Positions 33,557 through 44,022 of a stretch of DNA of 64,000 nucleotides are shown here, piece by piece. Position numbers and translations under genes: made by a program. The notes below the pieces were generated by a model. That model saw nothing but the letters and a program-made list of their open reading frames with translations, did not search any database and had not been told where the DNA came from. The DNA comes from an uncultured delta proteobacterium. Lineage in GTDB: Bacteria; Desulfobacterota; Syntrophia; Syntrophales; Smithellaceae. Each line of letters begins with the position of its first letter. Position 1 is the first letter of the stretch. The stretch lies in contig CAVWEH010000001.1 of the NCBI GenBank assembly GCA_963753975.1, positions 96,001 to 160,000 on the forward strand, read 5' to 3'.

Positions 33557-34339
33557 ATGGCTTTTAAATACGAGAAATTAAATGTGGAACAGGACGGCAT
33601 GGTAGTAGTCGCGGCAATTAATCATCCGCCGGCAAACGCAATGGGACAGGGTGTGTTGAGAGATTTGAATGACCTGCTTGATAAATGTGAAAAGGACGAT
33701 AATGTGCGGGTCATCGTTATCACCGGAAGCGGAGAAAAACTCTTTTCAGCTGGAGCGGATATTACTGAATTTGCGGATCTACAGAAAGGAAATGTACCCA
33801 AATACAACGGCAACGAAATCTATTTCAAGATCGAAAATTATCCGAAGGTCATTATTGCCGCAATACAGGGTGGTGCGTATGGCGGTGGTCTGGAACTGGC
33901 ATGCTGCTGCCATCTTCGAATCATGTCGGATGCCGCGACTTTGGGACTTCCCGAAGTGAAGCTCGGGCTAAATCCGGGATGGGGCGGAACACAGCGCCTG
34001 CCCAGATTTATCGGTAAAACAAAAGCCCTTGAGCTTATGCTGACTGGAGATTTTATACCGGCAGAAGATGCCTTGGCGCTGGGTCTTCTGAACAAGATTG
34101 TGCCGAAAGAAAAAGTTCTGGAAGAAGCCAAAGCTCTGGCCAAGAGACTCGCCGCGGGCGCTCCTATAGCGCAGAGAGAAATAATGAAAGCGGTCAGACT
34201 GGGATTAGAATCGAATATTCGTGACGGTGTCATGAAAATAGAAAGCGCGGCCAGTAAAGCACTTGTCTTTACGGAAGATTTTAAGGAAGGTTCCAGGGCA
34301 TTTTTGGAAAAGAGAGCGCCCAACTTCAAAGGCAGGTAA
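33557..34339 (+). CDS. Enoyl-CoA hydratase/isomerase family protein
   Basis: FSAGADI, GGGLELA, LPEVKLG..PGWGGTQRL. Confidence 0.95.
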   Translation: MAFKYEKLNVEQDGMVVVAAINHPPANAMGQGVLRDLNDLLDKCEKDDNVRVIVITGSGEKLFSAGADITEFADLQKGNVPKYNGNEIYFKIENYPKVIIAAIQGGAYGGGLELACCCHLRIMSDAATLGLPEVKLGLNPGWGGTQRLPRFIGKTKALELMLTGDFIPAEDALALGLLNKIVPKEKVLEEAKALAKRLAAGAPIAQREIMKAVRLGLESNIRDGVMKIESAASKALVFTEDFKEGSRAFLEKRAPNFKGR

Positions 34340-34374
34340 GCTGGTGCGGTATTTTTAAAATCGCGAGAAACTTT

Positions 34375-34407
34375 ATGTCCCCCCTTGGTAATGGGGGGAC
34401 ATTTTTT
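34375..34407 (+). terminator. Intrinsic terminator
   Basis: ATGTCCCCCC/GGGGGGACAT 10-bp stem followed by a T tract. Confidence 0.8.
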
Positions 34408-34456
34408 GATAATCAATGCATCACGCGGTGTTGATGTGTAAAAGGAGTAGTCTGCC

Positions 34457-36544
34457 ATGGACAAATTCTTTTATCCCCGGAGTATGGTCGTATTTGGAGT
34501 ATCGACTACGAAGATGAATTTAGGGCAGATCGTTCTCATAAATAACCGCCAGAATGGGTATGCAGGAAAGCTCTACGGTGTGGGGAGTGAAGAAGGAGAA
34601 ATTAGTGGTGTCCACGTTTATAAGAATATTGAAAGCCTACCGGAAACGCCCGATGTAGCCATTTTTCTGACACCCGCAAAAACTATACCGTCCCTTATGG
34701 ATGCCTGCGGCAGGAAAGGCATTCGCCGTATCGTTATCGAATCGGGCGGTTTCAGCGAATTTTCTTCCGGCGATCATTCTCTGGAAGAGGAAGTCCTGAA
34801 GATTGCCGAAAAATACGGCATGAAAGTCATTGGTCCGAATTGCATTGGAACCATCAACTTTGATATTAAGATGATGATGCCCTTCGGTTTTTTTAAGAAA
34901 ATACCTCCTCCCGGAGGTAAGGTGGCTCTTATGGTTCAGAGCGGCGGTGTCGGAGGGACCTTTTTGCGCTCTTTTGCAGGATACGGTGTGACTCCGGGTA
35001 AATTTGTCGCCATTGGCAACAAGCTGCAGCTCGACGAAGCGGATTTTTTGGATTATTTTTTAAAGGATGATAAAACGGAAATAATCACGGCTTATCTGGA
35101 AGGCTTCAAAAGAGGCCGGAAATTCCATAATCTGGCACGAAAATCCGCAAAGCCTATAATTATTCAGAAAGCGAACCGCAGTGAGGTGAGCGAAAAAATT
35201 GCCCAGTCCCATACGACGGCGCTATCCGGCAGTGATGAAGTGGTTGACGCTTCTTTTCAACAGGCCGCTATAATTCGCGTTGAAGATGAAATCGATTTAA
35301 TCAATGCCGTAAAAATTATCCGTCTTCCTTTGATGAAAGGCAGGCGCGTCGCCGTCCTTTCCCGTTCCGGGGGGCACGCGGTTCTCTCTGCCGATGCCTG
35401 TGCAAAATATGGTTTTGAGATGATTTCCTTTCCGCCTTCATTTATTAAAAAGCTCAAAACCATTTACCATACACGGGTCATTGCCCATCAAAATCCTCTG
35501 GATCTGGGAGAAGTTTTTGATTATACAATATTCACGAACATCCTGGAGGAAGTTCTGAAACTGGAAACGTTCGATGGCGTTCTCTTTAATCATCTTTATA
35601 TTGCCGAATATGAAGCGGAAATGTCACGGACATTCCTCATGGGCGTCGAAAAACTGGTGGCGAAATACCAGAAACCGGTTGCACTGGCCATGATCTCCGA
35701 GCGGGAGGAAATTCTCGATGTTTCGAAGAATTATGCCTTCCCTGTTTTTACATCGCCTCTGGAAGCAGCCGCAACTCTTCATGTTTCCCTAAATTATTAC
35801 GAACGTAAAGAAGCGCGAAACAATCGGGGTGCCGAACCCGTTTACTCTGTTGATCGAAACGCGATCAATGCTATCCGGGAGCGCTGCCGCGCAGAAGGAC
35901 GCATTCCCCTGACGGATGAGGCACTGGTTATTTGCTCGGCCATTGGATTGCCAATGGTCACGGGGAAAGTTATCCGTGATGAAGAATCGGTTGACGGATT
36001 TGATTGCCGCTATCCCGTTGTTTTGAAACTATTGTCCAGGGATGTCTCCCACAAATCCGATATAGGCGGCGTGAGAATAAATATTCCCACAAAAAAAGAA
36101 TTACGTGCGGCCATAGCGGAGATGAAAAAGACTACGGAAAAACTGGATCCGGCGCCCGCCTTTGACGGCTTCCTGGTGCAGGAAATGGCACCGGACGGCA
36201 TCGAATGTATTGTCGGTGGACGCAGAGACCCCGTTTTCGGTCCCATTGTTATGGTCGGACTGGGTGGTATCTACGTCGAAATATTTAAGGATAGGGCTAT
36301 TCGCTTAGCGCCGGTGACAAAGCTGGAAGCTGCGGATATGCTGAGAGAACTTAAAATTTATTCTCTCCTTCAAAGAGCCAGAGGTAAAGGACGTCTGGAC
36401 ATGGATGCTCTTATCGATGTTATTTGCCGAGCGTCATTTTTGATGGCTACTGAGCCTGATATCAGTGAAATGGATCTAAACCCCGTGATCGTCCATTCCG
36501 AAGGGCAGGGCGTTTCGATGGTAGATGCCCGGGTCTTTTTTTAA
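34457..36544 (+). CDS. ADP-forming acetate/acyl-CoA ligase family protein (fused alpha-beta)
   Basis: GPNCIG, QSGG, SHTTAL (phospho-His), SHKSDIGGV, DPVFGP, EMDLNPV. Confidence 0.9.
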   Translation: MDKFFYPRSMVVFGVSTTKMNLGQIVLINNRQNGYAGKLYGVGSEEGEISGVHVYKNIESLPETPDVAIFLTPAKTIPSLMDACGRKGIRRIVIESGGFSEFSSGDHSLEEEVLKIAEKYGMKVIGPNCIGTINFDIKMMMPFGFFKKIPPPGGKVALMVQSGGVGGTFLRSFAGYGVTPGKFVAIGNKLQLDEADFLDYFLKDDKTEIITAYLEGFKRGRKFHNLARKSAKPIIIQKANRSEVSEKIAQSHTTALSGSDEVVDASFQQAAIIRVEDEIDLINAVKIIRLPLMKGRRVAVLSRSGGHAVLSADACAKYGFEMISFPPSFIKKLKTIYHTRVIAHQNPLDLGEVFDYTIFTNILEEVLKLETFDGVLFNHLYIAEYEAEMSRTFLMGVEKLVAKYQKPVALAMISEREEILDVSKNYAFPVFTSPLEAAATLHVSLNYYERKEARNNRGAEPVYSVDRNAINAIRERCRAEGRIPLTDEALVICSAIGLPMVTGKVIRDEESVDGFDCRYPVVLKLLSRDVSHKSDIGGVRINIPTKKELRAAIAEMKKTTEKLDPAPAFDGFLVQEMAPDGIECIVGGRRDPVFGPIVMVGLGGIYVEIFKDRAIRLAPVTKLEAADMLRELKIYSLLQRARGKGRLDMDALIDVICRASFLMATEPDISEMDLNPVIVHSEGQGVSMVDARVFF

Positions 36545-36674
36545 AAAGGTTTATCCGGTAAAAACAACCACAATTACAAAATAAAAAAACTATACTGTTC
36601 AAAAGTTATGTAGTAATAGGCTGAAAAACTGCTCACTGGATACTCACGAGAAGGAATGAGTCCTCATCAGAATT

Positions 36675-37856
36675 ATGAAAGAAGTCGGTTGTAAAATAAC
36701 TATTTTTGCCCTTTGTTCATTTTTTTTGTTCTCCGTAGTTGTGATTGAGACAGAAGCCGCTCAGGTACAAGAAAATCAAATTCGTCTCTATATCAAACAG
36801 GGAATTGAAAAAGCCTTTAATCTGGATAACGCAACCGCCAGCATTTATATGCAAAAAGCTTTAGAATTGGATCCGGAAAACCCAACCGGATACGCCTACC
36901 TGGCGATAATTCACTTATTTTTCTACGATATGAGCTTTGAACCGAAAGATCGGGATAGAAATCAAAAATTAATGCTGCATTACATTGATGAAACCATTGC
37001 CGCCGGTGAAAAAAGGATTGAGAATAATTCTAAAGATGGCGAGGCATACTTCGCTATGGCGCTGGCGAAAGTTGTCAAAGTTCACTGGGCTATTCATCAA
37101 AAGAGCTATTTCCTTCTAGCTCAGGAAACATCCGATGTCTGGGAATATTTGGAAAGAGCTAAGGAGGGAGATCCGCAAAATTATGACATCTATTTCCTCA
37201 TGGGTTTTCTTCATTATCATATCGATTATCTTTCCGGGTTGACCCGCTTTATTTCCTCGCTCTTGATTACCACGGGAAACCGTCAAAAAGGCATTCAAGA
37301 GCTGGAATTGGCGGCACAAAAAGGATACTTGCTCAAAGAACTTGCGCAAACCGAACTTTCCTCTGATTATTTGAATTTTGAAAACAACCCGGCAAAAGCG
37401 TTGCCCTATGCCCGGGAATTAAAGGGAAAATTTCCAAACAATTATAATTTTTTGTTCGCACTAGGCAACATCCTTTCCGGCCTGCATCGATTCGAAGAAT
37501 CCTTGGACATAGCGCGGCAGATTGAAGGAGGCATTCAGGCAGGTATTCCACCATTTGTTCCCCAACTCCAGCCCCGTTACAATCAATTAATGGGAAGAAT
37601 ACTTTTCCTGCAGGGAGAGTATGAAAAAGCGGCGGAATATTTTCAAAAAGCTCTAAACGATACATCTCCTTATAATGCCCGGGTTCGAGCTTTGGCTTTT
37701 TTGCGCATGGGGATGATTCACGATGCCCGTAAAGAAAGGAAGCAAGCGGAAGAGTATTATTCCAGAGCGCTGGAAGTGGAAGGCGGAGAAGGTGCTGCTC
37801 AGATAGAAGCCGGGAAATATCTGAACACTCCCTATGTACCGCCGCCTAAACCTTGA
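36675..37856 (+). CDS. Exported TPR-repeat protein
   Basis: Signal peptide, KALELDPENP, AAEYFQKAL, AEEYYSRAL. Confidence 0.8.
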   Translation: MKEVGCKITIFALCSFFLFSVVVIETEAAQVQENQIRLYIKQGIEKAFNLDNATASIYMQKALELDPENPTGYAYLAIIHLFFYDMSFEPKDRDRNQKLMLHYIDETIAAGEKRIENNSKDGEAYFAMALAKVVKVHWAIHQKSYFLLAQETSDVWEYLERAKEGDPQNYDIYFLMGFLHYHIDYLSGLTRFISSLLITTGNRQKGIQELELAAQKGYLLKELAQTELSSDYLNFENNPAKALPYARELKGKFPNNYNFLFALGNILSGLHRFEESLDIARQIEGGIQAGIPPFVPQLQPRYNQLMGRILFLQGEYEKAAEYFQKALNDTSPYNARVRALAFLRMGMIHDARKERKQAEEYYSRALEVEGGEGAAQIEAGKYLNTPYVPPPKP

Positions 37857-37997
37857 ATTCGCAGCGAGCATCCCCCGTGGCTTACTGCGGATAGCTCCTC
37901 AATTTTGTAATTGATTTTTAAGGTGTAGTTTACACAGCATTGGTCATCTCCAGAGCCTGAAATTCCTAGCTTATAAAACAATTATAATTATTTTTAT

Positions 37998-39005
37998 TCA
38001 ATAGTGATCTGCTGCGGTTTTACCCTTAAAGACCCTGTAAACAAACACCGTATATCCGACAACTATCGGCATTCCGATAAGCGCGATGACGCTCATTATC
38101 TTCAGAGTATACAAGCCGGTGGAGCCGTTAAAAATTGTTATGCTTAAATCAGGATCGTTGATTGCTTTGATCAGGTTGGGAAAGTGAGCCGCTCCTGCCG
38201 CCAGCCACAATCCAACAAAAGATAAAGACGATTTCCAAAAAATAGCGTTATCGTTTTTAGTCCTCACGGAAAAGAATGTTTCGGCGAGTCCCAGTAACGT
38301 AACAAGTATCGCCGCATAGAATAAAGGATTTTCCAGAAGAGCTTGGAAATTAAAAACCATTACAATAAAATAAATGCTGCCGGTCACCGCATTGACCCAC
38401 AGCAAAATGTTCAATACTCGAAAAGACCTCAGCTGCAGTTCGCCCTCGGTTTTCAGTACAGCGTACGAAGCCCCCTGCAGCAGGATGGCGGCAAATCCGG
38501 TGATGCCGAATAAAAGCGGCACGGGACGCAGCAATGTAAAAAAGTTTCCGGTAAACTCCATTTTATTGTCCAGGGGCACTCCATAGATAACATTACCTAA
38601 AGCGACGCCGAAGAGGAGCGCGGCAAGGCAACTGCCGGCAATAAAAAATATTTCCCATAGTCCGGTTCTGGCTTCGTCATTAGCGCGGAATTCCAACGAC
38701 ACTGCTCTAAATATCAGCGCCAGCAAAACAAGCAGTATCGCCGGATAAAAACCGGAGAAAGCGGTGGCATAAGCCTGCGGGAACGCGGCGAAAAGAGCTC
38801 CGCCGCCGGTAATCAGCCATACTTCATTGCCATCCCAGAAAGGCCCTATGGAATTTATCAGAATGTCCTTTTCCTCTTTTTTCTTGCCGAGAAACCGCAG
38901 GAGCGTTCCGATTCCCAGGTCAAACCCATCCAGAAGTGAATAGCCCAGAAAAAGTATAACTATAAGAATGAACCATAATATTTGAAAGTTTTGGACATTT
39001 TCCAT
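37998..39005 (-). CDS. cydB: Cytochrome bd ubiquinol oxidase subunit II
   Basis: LDGFDLGIG, PFWDGNEVWLI. Confidence 0.97.
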   Translation of the reverse strand: MENVQNFQILWFILIVILFLGYSLLDGFDLGIGTLLRFLGKKKEEKDILINSIGPFWDGNEVWLITGGGALFAAFPQAYATAFSGFYPAILLVLLALIFRAVSLEFRANDEARTGLWEIFFIAGSCLAALLFGVALGNVIYGVPLDNKMEFTGNFFTLLRPVPLLFGITGFAAILLQGASYAVLKTEGELQLRSFRVLNILLWVNAVTGSIYFIVMVFNFQALLENPLFYAAILVTLLGLAETFFSVRTKNDNAIFWKSSLSFVGLWLAAGAAHFPNLIKAINDPDLSITIFNGSTGLYTLKIMSVIALIGMPIVVGYTVFVYRVFKGKTAADHY

Positions 39006-39047
39006 CGTATTGCTCCTTCCTTATTCTTAACCGGTCATTTACATCAA

Positions 39048-40355
39048 TTATGGCTGTGGTCCATTTTTTACAAATTTTATAAACAGTATTATAAACATTA
39101 TAAACAACAGCGAATAAACCAATGAAAACATTATCAGGCTCCCCAGAATGTCGCTTGCGGATACGACCACGGAAGCGCCGTCAGCGGTTTTCATCAGTCC
39201 GTAAATTATCCATGGCTGCCGGCCGACTTCCGCCGATATCCAGCCCGTTTCATGGGCGATGTGGGGCAGTGGTATGAGGAAAGGAAGGGAATACAGATAC
39301 GTTTTTGCCTCATAGATTTTTTTTGTTAGCAAAAGAAAAGCACCCAGCAGCCCCATGGCAATAGAGAAAATTCCTATTCCCACCATTATATGATAAGTCT
39401 GAAAGATAAAATTGACGGGCGGCCAGTTTTCTTTAGGGAATTCTTTCAATCCTTTTATTTCCGAGTTCCAATCAAAGTTGTAAAGAAAACTCAAAGCATT
39501 GGTCACGTAAATTCCGTAGGTTCTTTCGTTTTGTTCATCGACAAATCCCGCGATATAAAGAGGCACGCCTTTTTGAGTCACAAAGTGTCCTTCGAGCGCG
39601 GCCGCCTTTTCCGGCTGCATATTGATTACTTCTATCGCATGTATATGGCCTGTGGCCAGCTGTAAAAGCGGAGTAATGGCGAAGAGTATTATGCCGATTT
39701 TCAGCATCGTCCTTGCTGTTTGGCCGTGCAGGCCTTTTCTTACATAGTACCCGGCAATGCCCGAGATCATTATTGCGCAGGTCATCCACGAAGCCATTAC
39801 CGTGTGACAAAAACGGATGATTGTTGACGGATTAATAACTGCTTGTGTAAAATTGGACAAAATAATTCTTCCAACTTCATTTATCTGATAGCCGGCGGGA
39901 GTTTGCATCCAGGAATTGGCGGCCACTATCCAGAAAGCGGAAAGATGTCCGCCTATAAACACCAAGAGTGCGGAAAGCCAATAAACCGTCCGGGAAACTT
40001 TGTTTCTGGCAAAAATTAAAATTCCAATGAATACCGACTCCAGAAAAAAGGCGATAACGCCTTCCGCGGCCAGAATTGGTCCGAAAATATCCCCTACGGT
40101 TCTGGAATATTCCGACCAGTTCATGCCGAAGGAAAATTCCAGAGTAACGCCGGTTGCCGCACCGATTACAAATATCAATCCGAGCAATTTAGCCAGGAAA
40201 TCGGTAATCTTCCTATAAATTTCATCTTTCTTGATCAAATATAGTGTTTCCGAAATTAGTATGACCAGGGAAGTTCCCAATGTCATAGCCGGGAAGAGAA
40301 AATGGAAGCCTACGGTAAAGGCGAATTGAATCCGGGCAAGGAGTAATGCACTCAT
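39048..40355 (-). CDS. cydA: Cytochrome bd ubiquinol oxidase subunit I
   Basis: ARIQFAFT..FHFLF, ANSWMQTP, AEVGRQPW. Confidence 0.97.
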   Translation of the reverse strand: MSALLLARIQFAFTVGFHFLFPAMTLGTSLVILISETLYLIKKDEIYRKITDFLAKLLGLIFVIGAATGVTLEFSFGMNWSEYSRTVGDIFGPILAAEGVIAFFLESVFIGILIFARNKVSRTVYWLSALLVFIGGHLSAFWIVAANSWMQTPAGYQINEVGRIILSNFTQAVINPSTIIRFCHTVMASWMTCAIMISGIAGYYVRKGLHGQTARTMLKIGIILFAITPLLQLATGHIHAIEVINMQPEKAAALEGHFVTQKGVPLYIAGFVDEQNERTYGIYVTNALSFLYNFDWNSEIKGLKEFPKENWPPVNFIFQTYHIMVGIGIFSIAMGLLGAFLLLTKKIYEAKTYLYSLPFLIPLPHIAHETGWISAEVGRQPWIIYGLMKTADGASVVVSASDILGSLIMFSLVYSLLFIMFIILFIKFVKNGPQP

Positions 40356-40491
40356 AGATACCTCCAGCTTTTAATTAAGTGACATTACCGGATAAATTTC
40401 TACTTTTCAATAGTATAATTTTCTGGTTGTTATTTGATAATGAAATATATTATTGTATAACCTAATAAAAAATTAAATTTCAGGAGATATT

Positions 40492-41052
40492 ATGGCAAAT
40501 TTGATCAGATGCAAAGCGTGTGGCTATGTAACCGTAAAAGGTAAGATAAAGGACGTATGCCCGGCATGTGGAGTGCCCGCAAAGATGTTTGAACCTTATC
40601 AAGACCCCGTAGCGGAAAAAAGACGCAAAATCCTGGGGCTGCATATTCATCCCATTATTGTGCATTTTCCGCAATCTTTCGCTTTTACTCTCTTGGTCCT
40701 GGCTGTTTTATCTTTTGTCGCACCACCTCAAATTAATGGAGTTTTGAATTGCACAACACAGCTGATTTCAGCTGCTCTTCCATTTTTTCTTATTCTGGCC
40801 TTGCTCACCGGACTTCTTGACGGCAAAACCAGATTCCGGAAAGTGACAACGCCTTTTTTGAAAAAGAAAATTATATTCGGGTTGAGCTTTCTAATTACAT
40901 CTATTGTTATTGCCGTTGTTGCTCTTGCACTGCCGCTATCGGCGATACCCGTGATGGCATTATTCGCCCTGCTGACAATAATAGCTGTGGGCTTTAGTAT
41001 TGCGCTGGGCTTGATCGGCGACGAATTAATGGAAGCGAAATTACCCGGCTGA
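40492..41052 (+). CDS. Rubredoxin-like domain fused to a DUF2231-like membrane domain
   Basis: CKACGY...CPACG, then HPIIVHFP and four TM helices. Confidence 0.8.
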   Translation: MANLIRCKACGYVTVKGKIKDVCPACGVPAKMFEPYQDPVAEKRRKILGLHIHPIIVHFPQSFAFTLLVLAVLSFVAPPQINGVLNCTTQLISAALPFFLILALLTGLLDGKTRFRKVTTPFLKKKIIFGLSFLITSIVIAVVALALPLSAIPVMALFALLTIIAVGFSIALGLIGDELMEAKLPG

Positions 41053-41153
41053 ACTCTAAGCTATTTTCACATTTTCATTTTTACGCTACACCATGTTTGC
41101 CGCATCGATAGCAGTTTACTTAAAATTTGCCTAAGATGAAAGAAAGTAAGCAT

Positions 41154-42497
41154 ATGCAGGGTAATGAGCCAGATATATTGATTGCCGGCGGGATGCTTCT
41201 GACTATGTCGGCCAGACCGGATATTATAGAAGATTCGCTCATTGTTATTAAGGACGGAATCATTACCGCGGTGGAGAAAAGAAGTGATAAGAAAAAAATC
41301 GGTTACTCGGCGCGAGAGATGATCGACGCCTCCGGCTGTATCGTTATGCCCGGGTTGGTCAACACGCATACCCATCTGCCGATGGTTTGTTTCCGGGGCA
41401 TGGCTGACGATCTTCCCCTGATGGAATGGCTCACCAAATATATATTTCCGGCGGAAGGCCGCTTCGTCAATAAAAAAATGGTTTACGACGGCGCTATGCT
41501 GGCCATGGCCGAAATGATCCTTACCGGCACGACAACTTTTTGCGATGGGTATTTCTTTGAGGATACCATTGCCGAAGCAGTGTTGGCCACGGGAATGCGC
41601 GCTGTTGTGGCTCAGGGATTCGCCGATTTTGCGACACCGGATAATCCCAAGTACGAAAGAATGATGGGAGCGGCCGAGCGCTTTGTTCAGCGCTGGAAAC
41701 CTCATGCGCCGATGATTATCCCTGCTTTTTTCTGTCATTCACCTTATACCTGCTCTCCGGCAACTCTCGTTAATGTTAAAAAAGCGGCTGGTGAAGCGGA
41801 TGTCCTTTTCCTGACACATTTGCTCGAAAATAAAGACGAGATAGATACCATTATCAACCGTTACGGCAAAAAGCCGGTTCGGCACCTTTATGATCTGGGT
41901 ATTCTGGATGAGAAAACCGTCGCTGTTCATTGCAATTGGATTACCGAAGAAGAAATGAAAATATTCGCCGATTTGGGCGTTCGCGTTTCGCACAATCCCG
42001 AAAGCTCCATGAAATTGGCGGCCGGTGTTGCGCCTATCCCCGCGATGCTTAAATTAGGCATAATCGTGGGGCTGGGAACGGACGGCTCAGCCAGCAACAA
42101 TGATATGGACATGTTCCGGGAGATGGATACGGCGGCAAAGATTCATAAAGTTACATCTTTGAACCCTACAGTAATGAATGCCCGGGAAGTTTTGGAAATG
42201 GCTACAATCGGCGGGGCAAAATTACTCGGGCTTGACGACCGGATCGGTTCGGTTGAAGTAGGTAAAAAAGCCGACATTATTTTAGTAGATATGAATCAAC
42301 CTCATCTTACCCCTCTTTATAATTGCTACTCACAGCTGGTGTACGCTGCCCGCGGCGCAGATACGAAAACCAGCATTATCAACGGCAAGATTGTTATGAA
42401 AGACCGTCAACTGCGCACAATGGATTTGAATGCGGTCATGGAAAATGTTCGTAATATTGGTGCCGATATCATTGCTAAGAGAAAGGCTGAAATTTAA
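41154..42497 (+). CDS. mtaD: Amidohydrolase, 5-methylthioadenosine/S-adenosylhomocysteine deaminase type
   Basis: PGLVNTHTH, RGMADDLPLMEWL, HSPYTC, LGTDGSASNN; start uncertain. Confidence 0.8.
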   Translation: MQGNEPDILIAGGMLLTMSARPDIIEDSLIVIKDGIITAVEKRSDKKKIGYSAREMIDASGCIVMPGLVNTHTHLPMVCFRGMADDLPLMEWLTKYIFPAEGRFVNKKMVYDGAMLAMAEMILTGTTTFCDGYFFEDTIAEAVLATGMRAVVAQGFADFATPDNPKYERMMGAAERFVQRWKPHAPMIIPAFFCHSPYTCSPATLVNVKKAAGEADVLFLTHLLENKDEIDTIINRYGKKPVRHLYDLGILDEKTVAVHCNWITEEEMKIFADLGVRVSHNPESSMKLAAGVAPIPAMLKLGIIVGLGTDGSASNNDMDMFREMDTAAKIHKVTSLNPTVMNAREVLEMATIGGAKLLGLDDRIGSVEVGKKADIILVDMNQPHLTPLYNCYSQLVYAARGADTKTSIINGKIVMKDRQLRTMDLNAVMENVRNIGADIIAKRKAEI

Positions 42498-42558
42498 GAA
42501 AGCTCAATAGAAGACAACTGCTGGTTAAATAATAGGGAAATAACCACTGGAGGATAAC

Positions 42559-44019
42559 ATGGCAAAATATGACTATGATCTGGGAATAATCGGCGGCGGA
42601 GCGGCAGGACTCACCGCGGCGGCAGGCGCAGCGCAATTCGGCGCTAAAACCATTCTAATTGAAAAGTCCGCAATGCTGGGCGGTGATTGTTTGCACTACG
42701 GCTGTGTGCCGTCGAAAACGTTGATCCGCACAGCAGGTGTTTGCTCGCTTCTGAAAAGATCAAAGGAATTTGGTTTGCCCGGAGTCCAATTACCACCTGT
42801 TGATTTAGGCGCGGTGATGGATCGCGTGAAAAGCGTGATCGAAAATATTCAACAACATGATTCCGTCGAACGATTCTGCGGCTTGGGTGCAAAAGTTGTT
42901 TTCGGCAACCCTTACTTTCTTGATGATCACACTATTATTCTCGATGGAAAAAACATAACGGCAAAAAGCTGGATTATCGCCACTGGTTCCAGCCCGGCTC
43001 TGCCGCCGGTGGAAGGTCTTGCCACGGTACCTTACTGGACAAACGAAACTATTCTTAATCAAAGGAAACTGCCGGCTCGTTTGATTGTCTTAGGCGGCGG
43101 ACCAATTGGGCTCGAACTGTCGCAGACTTTTGCGCGTCTGGGTTCTCGGGTGACTATCGTTGAATTTATGGATCAGATCCTCGGCCCCGAAGATGCAGAT
43201 CTGGCTGCTATTCTGGAGACACGTCTGCAGGACGAAGGAATTAAAATTTACAAATCAACCAAAGCCTTAAGAGTTCAGTATATTGATTCCACAATCCAGC
43301 TGACTGCGGCAGCGGACTCAGGTAAAGGACCAACAAGTGTTGTCGAAGCAGACGCCCTGCTTGTTGCCGCCGGGCGCAAACCGAATATTGACGGCTTAGG
43401 GCTGGAAGCGGCCGGTGTTAAATATACAGCGCGCGGTATTCCGACAAATGCCCGAATGAAAACAAATATCAGCCACATCTACGCCGCAGGCGACGTCAAT
43501 GGCCAACTTCCCTTCACGCATGTAGCCGGTTATGAAGGAGGTATTGCTCTCACCAACGCTGTCTTACGATTGCCTAAGAGGGCCGATTACAATAAAATCG
43601 GCTGGTGCACTTATACCGATCCGGAAGTAGCCAGTATTGGCCTGAATGAAAAGCGGGCAAAAAAAGACGGCATTAAGTACCGTCTTTGGGAGGAGAGCTT
43701 TGCCGACAATGATAGGGCTGAGGCCGAAGGGGAAACAAAAGGGAAAATTAAATTGCTGGTAAGCCCGGGAGGCAAATTACTTGGCTGCCAGATTATCGGC
43801 GCTCATGCGGGCGAGCTTATCCATGAGTGGGTCATTGCCCTGGAAGGCGGTGTTCGGCTTTCCACAATTGCCGCTGCTGTTCACATCTATCCGACTATTT
43901 CTGAAATATCCAAACGCGTAGCGGGGAAAATATTTGCCGAAAAGATTTTTAGCGACCACAGCAAAAACATTCTGAAGTTCATCTTCAGCCTCAAAGGCCG
44001 GGCCTGTTCGCCTTCTTAA
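42559..44019 (+). CDS. Mercuric-reductase/dihydrolipoamide-dehydrogenase-like FAD disulfide oxidoreductase
   Basis: GGGAAG, GGDCLHYGCVPSK, GGGPIG, HIYPT; no C-terminal Cys-Cys pair. Confidence 0.9.
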   Translation: MAKYDYDLGIIGGGAAGLTAAAGAAQFGAKTILIEKSAMLGGDCLHYGCVPSKTLIRTAGVCSLLKRSKEFGLPGVQLPPVDLGAVMDRVKSVIENIQQHDSVERFCGLGAKVVFGNPYFLDDHTIILDGKNITAKSWIIATGSSPALPPVEGLATVPYWTNETILNQRKLPARLIVLGGGPIGLELSQTFARLGSRVTIVEFMDQILGPEDADLAAILETRLQDEGIKIYKSTKALRVQYIDSTIQLTAAADSGKGPTSVVEADALLVAAGRKPNIDGLGLEAAGVKYTARGIPTNARMKTNISHIYAAGDVNGQLPFTHVAGYEGGIALTNAVLRLPKRADYNKIGWCTYTDPEVASIGLNEKRAKKDGIKYRLWEESFADNDRAEAEGETKGKIKLLVSPGGKLLGCQIIGAHAGELIHEWVIALEGGVRLSTIAAAVHIYPTISEISKRVAGKIFAEKIFSDHSKNILKFIFSLKGRACSPS

Positions 44020-44022
44020 TGA

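Noticed and set aside
37860..37900. Degenerate REP-like remnants (CCCCGTGGCTTACTGCGG, similar to TTACTGCGGG at about 49515)
   Set aside because: The match is too short to distinguish from chance without a genome-wide count.
42559..44019. merA mercury resistance gene
   Set aside because: No C-terminal Cys-Cys pair, no NmerA domain and no mer operon genes.
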